Below are positions 57,964-64,000 of a stretch of DNA of 64,000 nucleotides, one piece after another. A program made the translations under genes and the position numbers. The notes below the pieces were generated by a model that was given only the letters and a program-made list of their open reading frames with translations, ran no database searches and had not been told where the DNA came from. The stretch is taken from NCBI GenBank assembly GCA_038534095.1, contig JBCAXK010000002.1, positions 1-64,000 of the forward strand. The letters are read 5' to 3'. Position 1 is the stretch's first letter, and the number at the start of each line of letters is the position of its first letter. The stretch is from Chlamydiota bacterium. GTDB taxonomy: Bacteria; Chlamydiota; Chlamydiia; Chlamydiales; SM23-39.

Positions 57964-58908
57964 ATGACCCTAGCTCCATCTTTAGGACAGGCTCCGCGCA
58001 CATCCGCAGAAACGATCCCCCTCAATACAGTAGAGCAGGTATACACTTATTTAGAAAAGGACTTTCATAAGAAGAAAGACTACAAAATGTTAGAGAAGAT
58101 TTTCCAAAAACTGGACTCTTTTCAACCGCTGAAAGCCTGGATTATTCTTAGGCATATCAGAAAGATCAACGAAACAAACCCCTCTTCAGAAAAAGAGCAC
58201 TTGGATGCCCAAATCTACCAGAAAAGATTCTCGCTTGCAAAAAAGACTCCAAACGTCATATCGAATAGAGTAGAGGTCCTCAATCGAAAAACATTAGCGC
58301 GCAACAAGGTGAAGAAAGACCTCACCGAAAGATTAAAGTCTATCTGGCAAAAAGTAAACAATGCCCTACAAGAACGCCGCCCTATCCCATTCCCTGTGAA
58401 GAATTTTTGTGAGTTCATGCAAAAAGATAGCAAGTTTTGTGGAACACTATCGGATCAGATAGCAACGACTAACGAAAAACTTAACGCCTCAACAAACTGT
58501 CGTTTAATCATCGAGAAATTATCTTTAGAATCTTATCAAACCGTTTTCGATCACATTTTTCACACGCAAATTCAAGCATATTCTTCGGTTGTGGAATGCT
58601 CACAAACCATTTCCACCTCAAAAATATGGCTTGAACATGCATTAACACAGTCTAATCACCCCAGCTTCACTGCCTACCTTACAAAAGCTCCCTTTGCCGA
58701 TCAGATACCATTTGAAACAAATATGCTGGCCAAATCCATCGACCATTACCAATCGGTCGCAACTTTTGACGAAAAAGAACGGTTCCATGGAGAGGGAGAA
58801 AACATCGAGATGGAGTACGAACCATTTAGTTATCGGGCAAAAGCAATGAAAGAGCTAAAGCTCGCACTAGATGAGACCTATAACAAGTTCAAGGAACTTG
58901 ATGATTGA
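57964..58908 (+). CDS. Hypothetical helical protein, candidate secreted effector
   Basis: 314 aa, RBS AAGGA, P/S/T-rich N-terminus, no TM segment or signal peptide. Confidence 0.75.
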   Translation: MTLAPSLGQAPRTSAETIPLNTVEQVYTYLEKDFHKKKDYKMLEKIFQKLDSFQPLKAWIILRHIRKINETNPSSEKEHLDAQIYQKRFSLAKKTPNVISNRVEVLNRKTLARNKVKKDLTERLKSIWQKVNNALQERRPIPFPVKNFCEFMQKDSKFCGTLSDQIATTNEKLNASTNCRLIIEKLSLESYQTVFDHIFHTQIQAYSSVVECSQTISTSKIWLEHALTQSNHPSFTAYLTKAPFADQIPFETNMLAKSIDHYQSVATFDEKERFHGEGENIEMEYEPFSYRAKAMKELKLALDETYNKFKELDD

Positions 58909-59143
58909 TTTGCCATGACTATTGCAATTTTTCTCCTTAAGATTTAGACAGATCTGCAGGCTCATTGCTTGCAAATAAAAAAACTTGTTGTCCGCAAAGA
59001 AATATAGCCCTCTTGCCTTGCTTAAGTAAAAAAGAACTCTCCCCTCGGTTCTTTCAGCGAGCCTGTTACATTTTACCAAGAAACAAGGGAATGGAGAAAG
59101 AGAGCTGTTATCATCTATTCCTATAGGGGCCGCTCTATTTGAT

Positions 59144-59167
59144 AAGAAAGAGGCTAATCAGCCTCTT
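59144..59167 (-). terminator. Possible recA terminator hairpin
   Basis: AAGAGGCT-AATC-AGCCTCTT, ~70 nt downstream of the recA stop; short T-rich tail on the minus strand. Confidence 0.45.
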
Positions 59168-59237
59168 CTATACAAGCTACAGACAAACCTTTGGTTAAGT
59201 AGGATAAGAACCAAAAGGATCGGGCTGATCTGGGTCG

Positions 59238-60275
59238 TTAAGTGGAAGCTGCCGCGGGAACTCTTGGCTGCAACTTCGCAAAAATCGCCTTTTCAATCGC
59301 TTGGGCGAGCTCAGGTTTTTTTTTCAACTCTGCTCGAACCGCTTCCTTGCCCTGTCCGAGGCGAGTATCTTGCATGCTAAACCAAGCTCCTTTTTTATCA
59401 ATGATCCCCATCTCTACCCCAACGTCAATCAAAGATCCTGCGTGGGAAATGCCCTCATTAAACAGAATGTCAAATTCGGCTACCTTGAACGGGGGACCCA
59501 TTTTATTTTTCACAACCTTTGCTTTGGCTCGAAGACCGTTGATCTCTCCATCATTCCCTTTTTCGCCTGCTTTCATTTTTGTACTGCGGATGTCAATACG
59601 CACAGAAGCGTAAAATTTGAGAGCACGGCCTCCCGTTGTTGTTTCTGGATTTCCAAACATCACACCAATTTTTTCCCGTATCTGGTTGATGAAGATCGCG
59701 CAGGTATTGCTTCTAGCGAGGCTAGCTGTTAGCTTGCGAAGAGCTTGGGACATCATCCGCGCTTGCAACCCAACGTGAAGATCACCGATCTCCCCTTCGA
59801 GTTCATTTTTTGGGACAAGAGCAGCGACAGAATCGATGACAATGACATCGACAGCATTGGACCGGGCAAGCATTTCGGCAATATTTAACGCTTCTTCTCC
59901 AGAATCGGGTTGAGAGATCAGGAGATCTTTTGTGTTGACCCCGATGATCGATGCGTAGGCTGGGTCTAGGGCATGCTCTGCGTCGATATAGGCCGCCGTG
60001 CCCCCCTGTTTTTGTGCATTGGCCACAATGTGGGTAGCTAAGGTGGATTTTCCAGAAGATTCGGGGCCATAAATTTCAACAATTCTTCCTCTAGGCACCC
60101 CTCCGATTCCTAAAGCTAAGTCGAGCGCAATGGCACCTGTTGGAATCACAGAGACCGTTTGATCTGTCATTCTTGCGCCTAGTGACATGATGGCTCCTTC
60201 TCCAAACTGCTGTTTGATGTGTTGAACAACGAGCTCTAATGCTTTTTTCTTTCCGCCGTTTTCCCGATCTTTCAT
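59238..60275 (-). CDS. recA: Recombinase A
   Basis: [46 protein letters not shown]. Confidence 0.99.
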   Translation of the reverse strand: MKDRENGGKKKALELVVQHIKQQFGEGAIMSLGARMTDQTVSVIPTGAIALDLALGIGGVPRGRIVEIYGPESSGKSTLATHIVANAQKQGGTAAYIDAEHALDPAYASIIGVNTKDLLISQPDSGEEALNIAEMLARSNAVDVIVIDSVAALVPKNELEGEIGDLHVGLQARMMSQALRKLTASLARSNTCAIFINQIREKIGVMFGNPETTTGGRALKFYASVRIDIRSTKMKAGEKGNDGEINGLRAKAKVVKNKMGPPFKVAEFDILFNEGISHAGSLIDVGVEMGIIDKKGAWFSMQDTRLGQGKEAVRAELKKKPELAQAIEKAIFAKLQPRVPAAAST

Positions 60276-60400
60276 GGCTTTCCCTCCAAGGTTGGATACA
60301 TGTAGTCCTTACTAGTCTACCTTTTTCCCCTTTTTTACAAAACAGGCCTTGAGCGCGAATTCCGTTTTTGCTTCAATGACCATAAGGAGGAAAAAGAGGT

Positions 60401-61369
60401 ATGCAAATTCTAGCTGGAGATATTGGGGGAACAAACACAAGGCTTGCTCTTCTCGAAGAAAGTGGAAAAGTACTCCAAAGTCGCCAAACCTTTTCCTCCA
60501 AAAACTACCCAGACTTAAAGACGATTGTGCAAGAATTCTTGGGAAAAATTGTTCCCGATATTGCCTGCTTTGGGATTGCAGGGCCTGTTGAGGGGAGTAT
60601 TTGTAGAGCGACCAACCTCCCATGGATTGTGGACAGTCGCGCTTTAGAAAAAGAGACCAAGATCCAAACGGTCTATCTCATCAATGATCTTGTGGCTAAT
60701 GCCTACGGCACGCAAGTCTTGCAAGAAGAAGATGTTTTGGTATTGCATTCAGGAACTCCGCAGGTGGGGAATCAAGCGCTCATTTCTCCCGGAACAGGGC
60801 TCGGAGAAGCGGGCATGTTTTGGATCAAAAACCACCTTCACCCCTTTTCTTCGGAAGGGGGACATGCCGATTTTGCTCCAGTAGGAGCCTTGCAAGAAGA
60901 GCTGCTCCTCTTTTTGCGGAGAAAATTTTCAGGTCACATTTCTTACGAGCGGGTGCTATCAGGACCTGGTCTGAAAAACATTTACCTTTTTTTAACGGAA
61001 GAAAAAAAACAGGAAGCGATCCCTACATCGGTGGAGCGGCCCGATTTCCCAAAGTACATCACCAAAAATGCTTTAGAGGGCGCATGCCCAGCCTGCATAG
61101 AAACCCTCAATCTATTCCTCGCTATCTATGGCGCAGAAGCGGGCAATTTGGCCCTCAAGTTTTTGGCCGTTGGAGGTGTCTACCTCGGAGGGGGAATTGT
61201 GCCGCATATCGCGCCGCTGCTCAAAAAAGATCTCTTTATGCGCAGTTTTTTAGAAAAGGGGCGGTTTCGGTCCCTGTTACAAAACATTCCTGTAAAAGTC
61301 GTCCTCAACGATCAAGCAGCGCTTTTAGGCGCTTTAGAGTTTGCGATCATAGAAAGTGGCTTGCGCTAA
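60401..61369 (+). CDS. glk: Glucokinase (E. coli Glk type)
   Basis: GDIGGTNTRLA, GIAGPV, LINDL, PGTGLG, SEGGH, ERVLSGPG, GGVYLGGGI. Confidence 0.95.
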   Translation: MQILAGDIGGTNTRLALLEESGKVLQSRQTFSSKNYPDLKTIVQEFLGKIVPDIACFGIAGPVEGSICRATNLPWIVDSRALEKETKIQTVYLINDLVANAYGTQVLQEEDVLVLHSGTPQVGNQALISPGTGLGEAGMFWIKNHLHPFSSEGGHADFAPVGALQEELLLFLRRKFSGHISYERVLSGPGLKNIYLFLTEEKKQEAIPTSVERPDFPKYITKNALEGACPACIETLNLFLAIYGAEAGNLALKFLAVGGVYLGGGIVPHIAPLLKKDLFMRSFLEKGRFRSLLQNIPVKVVLNDQAALLGALEFAIIESGLR

Positions 61370-61424
61370 GGCGCTCACATCGGTTTACCACAACAAACGG
61401 ATTTATGGTAAGAAAAAGGAACCA

Positions 61425-62282
61425 TTAGCCGGGGAAGGAGAGCGCATCTGCCATGTAACACAGCTCTTTGGTATCTATAGAAAGCTTTTTTAAGAGCGTG
61501 CGAAATGCCTGGAGATCATGCTCAAGCCGCTGTAACGCGCTCTTTTTGCCCAAGATAGACGCTAGATTGCTTTCGGTCGCGTTAGTAGTATCTTGCTCGA
61601 GGTCCAATAGATCATCGCGCAACTGAAAGGCTCTTCCAAGGTGAAGGGCGAGAGCCTCCACCTCACTCAAACAGGCAGGATCTCCCCCACCAAACAGCCA
61701 TCCACACACGAAGGCGATATTGAACAATGTGACCGTTTTTTTCTCAGTGATCGCATCTAAGGTGGCTACCGTCTGATCTGGGGGAAAGAGATCAAAAAAC
61801 TGCCCCCCTGTAGCTCCAAAAATGCCGGCGGCTTTTGTGACAGTCTGTAACGCTTTCATCGATAGCGTATTTTGCGTAGAAGAAGATACTGGGAGCTGTG
61901 ATCCATTTTTATGGACGTATTCGTAACCAAGGGAAATCAACGTGTAGCTTGCTAAGATGGCAACGCTTTCGGGATAAACGTGATGCAAACAGGGCTTTCC
62001 CCTCCGTTTGGTTTCATTATCCATACAGGGAAGATCATCTGCAATGAGAGATGCGCTGTGAAAACACTCAACCGCTAAAGCCGATGATAAAACAGGATAG
62101 TTTTTTCCAAGAGCGTCCCCTATGAGCATCACAAGAAGGGGGCGGACTCTTTTGCCGCCGCTGAGTAAACTATACTCAACAGCCTCCCGAAGCTTAGAGG
62201 GAGCGCCAAGCTCGGAGATCAGCGCTAACATCCCCTCTTCCACCTCCAAGAAGGTTTGTTGTAGTCGCTCTTTAACCTGCAT
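61425..62282 (-). CDS. Polyprenyl synthetase (second copy, possibly GGPP synthase type)
   Basis: GGKRVRP, ASLIADDLPCMD...RRG, GQFFD, KT, FQLRDDLLD. Confidence 0.88.
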   Translation of the reverse strand: MQVKERLQQTFLEVEEGMLALISELGAPSKLREAVEYSLLSGGKRVRPLLVMLIGDALGKNYPVLSSALAVECFHSASLIADDLPCMDNETKRRGKPCLHHVYPESVAILASYTLISLGYEYVHKNGSQLPVSSSTQNTLSMKALQTVTKAAGIFGATGGQFFDLFPPDQTVATLDAITEKKTVTLFNIAFVCGWLFGGGDPACLSEVEALALHLGRAFQLRDDLLDLEQDTTNATESNLASILGKKSALQRLEHDLQAFRTLLKKLSIDTKELCYMADALSFPG

Positions 62283-62928
62283 GATTTGCCTGCATGTTTT
62301 TCGGGAAAAAAGTCCCTTTTACCGTTGTTAAAGGGGGGATTTTGGACTGTTTTCCAACAAGAGCGCCCGGGTTGAGTACAACGTTGCACCCTACCTGCGC
62401 CTGATCTCCAATGATCGCCCCAAGTTTTTTTCGTCCCGTAAACACCTTCTCATTGCCGATCTGAAAATAGACCTCTTTTTTATCGAGGCGCACGTTCGCG
62501 CAAATGGTTCCAGCGCCGAGATTGACCCGCTCTCCAACTAAGCTATCGCCAACATAGGAAAAATGGGCCGCCTTGACCCGTTTAAAGAGGAAGGAACCCT
62601 TTACCTCAGTCCCATGTCCAATCACCGAATAGGGGCCAATATACGACCGTTCTCGCACATAAGCGCCAGGGCGTAGTTCCACATGATCAGCGATGATGCA
62701 CGGACCTTGAAGAGTCACTCCAGGATCGATGTTGCAATGCTCTCCAACAAAGATCGTCTCTGGATGTTTGAGAACAACGCCGGCAGGGAGATCGGTCAGG
62801 ATGTTGCCCATTTGGGCAAATGCATCGAGATGTTCAAAACGATCAAAACAGCGCCAAAAAGGTCCTGGTTGAAAAAGGCTTTCCCAGGAATCGATCAAGC
62901 GCTTCGAGAAAAAATTAGACAAATCCAT
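62272..62928 (-). CDS. GlmU C-terminal-like hexapeptide-repeat acetyltransferase
   Basis: Left-handed beta-helix repeats; HFSYVGDS, NLGAGTICAN, KLGAIIGD; no uridyltransferase domain. Confidence 0.85.
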   Translation of the reverse strand: MDLSNFFSKRLIDSWESLFQPGPFWRCFDRFEHLDAFAQMGNILTDLPAGVVLKHPETIFVGEHCNIDPGVTLQGPCIIADHVELRPGAYVRERSYIGPYSVIGHGTEVKGSFLFKRVKAAHFSYVGDSLVGERVNLGAGTICANVRLDKKEVYFQIGNEKVFTGRKKLGAIIGDQAQVGCNVVLNPGALVGKQSKIPPLTTVKGTFFPKNMQANHAG

Positions 62929-63007
62929 GATTCCCAGTATATCGAGCGAGTGAAAAGATCGGAAGTAAGAAGAAAGTATTTCTCTATATCTCTTCTTCTT
63001 CTGGTCT

Positions 63008-63161
63008 TGTGGATCTGTTCATAACTCCCCTTTTTCCTAGACAAAATCGGTGTTCATAACTCTGTTCATAAACTGATCATAACCCCCCGGTTATGAACAG
63101 AGAAAAGTTATGAACAAAGTTATGAACAGAAAAAACCGGGGTTATGCACAAATCTTCCACA
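63008..63161. promoter_or_regulatory. Array of DnaA-box-like 9-mers; candidate chromosomal replication origin
   Basis: Six exact TTATGAACA copies (minus: 63016, 63051, 63063; plus: 63091, 63108, 63120), TTATGATCA (minus 63074), TTATGCACA (plus 63142), and degenerate AGATCCACA (minus 63008) and TCTTCCACA (plus 63153). Confidence 0.7.
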
Positions 63162-63193
63162 ATCGAGATTTCCCCCTTTTTTTAGGAAAAAAG

Positions 63194-64000
63194 CTAGGGC
63201 CGTTTTTGGATAAACAGCCAAAAAGCCCAGGAGCAAAGAACGCCTCCCAACGTGAAGGGGACGCGCTCTGCTGCGTAGGTAAGCAGGGCCGCTAAAGGGG
63301 CAAGTCCCATTGCAAAAGATTGGATCGACTGGCTAAGTCCAAGAACTTTTCCCTGCATGTTCTTATTCGCCTTTGAAGAGATCATCTCGGTACAAACAGG
63401 CCAAGCGACTCCAGAAATCATTACAGACGCTCCGACAAGCGCCATGAACACAAGCGGTTTTTGGGGAAAAATGATGAGAAAAGCGCAAAGGCTGAACAAG
63501 AGAAGGCAGCTCCATAAAACGGAGCGGTTATGAAACCATTGCAAACAGGGTTTGGTTAAAATGCCAGAACCGATCCCCCAACAGATCCCTAAAAATGCGA
63601 TGAAATTCCCTAACTCTGATGTGGAAAACCCAAACGCAGTGACAGCGAGAATGGGGGAAAATTGGAGAACCACATTCCAAGCGAGAAGAAAAAGAAAGTA
63701 GATCAGATAGAGCCGCTTGATGTTGGGAGCGCGGAGGGCCGTCGCAATATTTTTGAACCCTTCACTTAAGTGAAATTTGATCTCTCGATTTTTTACAAAA
63801 GGCTCATTGAAAAAACAGAAAACAAACAGATAATTCAAGAACGTCATGAGCCCGCTAATCCAAAAAGGGAGGGCTAAGAAGAAGTAGGGGGAAAGGGTAT
63901 GATCCGATAACTTCCCTCCTAAATAGGCTCCGAAGATAAACGCGCTTCCAGCTACAAGAGCCATATGCCCAAAATGGGTCAATTTTCGACCACTTTTTTC
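63194..64000 (-). CDS. MFS transporter, TetA/DHA1-like (5' part outside the window)
   Basis: Frame open to the window end; multiple TM segments, QGKVLGLSQS motif. Confidence 0.8.
   Translation of the reverse strand, partial: EKSGRKLTHFGHMALVAGSAFIFGAYLGGKLSDHTLSPYFFLALPFWISGLMTFLNYLFVFCFFNEPFVKNREIKFHLSEGFKNIATALRAPNIKRLYLIYFLFLLAWNVVLQFSPILAVTAFGFSTSELGNFIAFLGICWGIGSGILTKPCLQWFHNRSVLWSCLLLFSLCAFLIIFPQKPLVFMALVGASVMISGVAWPVCTEMISSKANKNMQGKVLGLSQSIQSFAMGLAPLAALLTYAAERVPFTLGGVLCSWAFWLFIQKRP

Noticed and set aside
60820..61428. 202-aa alternative-frame ORF inside glk
   Set aside because: Arg-rich shadow frame of a conserved gene.
63008..63161. CRISPR or parS interpretation of the repeat cluster
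   Set aside because: Units are 9-10 bp with irregular short spacers and switch orientation; no cas genes; no match to the 16-bp parS palindrome.
63110..63295. 61-aa ORF MNKVMNRK...
   Set aside because: Arises from the TTATGAACA repeats and overlaps the MFS gene antisense.
1..64000. Apparent GC-skew change near 22-23 kb and apparent excess of GATC
   Set aside because: Spot counts were inconsistent (thyX breaks the pattern) and are confounded by codon usage; needs computed skew and k-mer statistics.

Overview
Mostly core-genome segment of an environmental Chlamydiota bacterium (non-Chlamydiaceae, roughly 40-45% GC by eye). Diagnostic genes: ~713-aa chlamydial GreA, ~540-aa double-domain ThyX, DUF1207 protein, tandem tyrP pair, PPi-dependent phosphofructokinase, the kdsB-ruvX-zwf-opcA-pgl block and three tandem MOMP-like porins. 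Gene order (thyX/hemB/greA, dus/yggT/three conserved hypotheticals, recA, ispA/glmU-like) resembles the origin-proximal region of Chlamydia (from recall). The strongest unexplained signal is a two-fold symmetric array of ten DnaA-box-like 9-mers, dominated by non-canonical TTATGAACA, at 63008-63161; it is a good oriC candidate. Other points: dispersed surface-polysaccharide genes, a GspL/GspM-like operon, no pyrG between kdsB and ruvX, an IS5-family remnant beside a GrpB-GNAT fusion, a decayed polymorphic-toxin-like fragment after tRNA-Arg, and five orphan effector/Inc-like ORFs. No rRNA or CRISPR array was seen. All family assignments come from motif recognition, not database searches. Several start codons were moved from the ORF track using RBS or stop/start overlap evidence.
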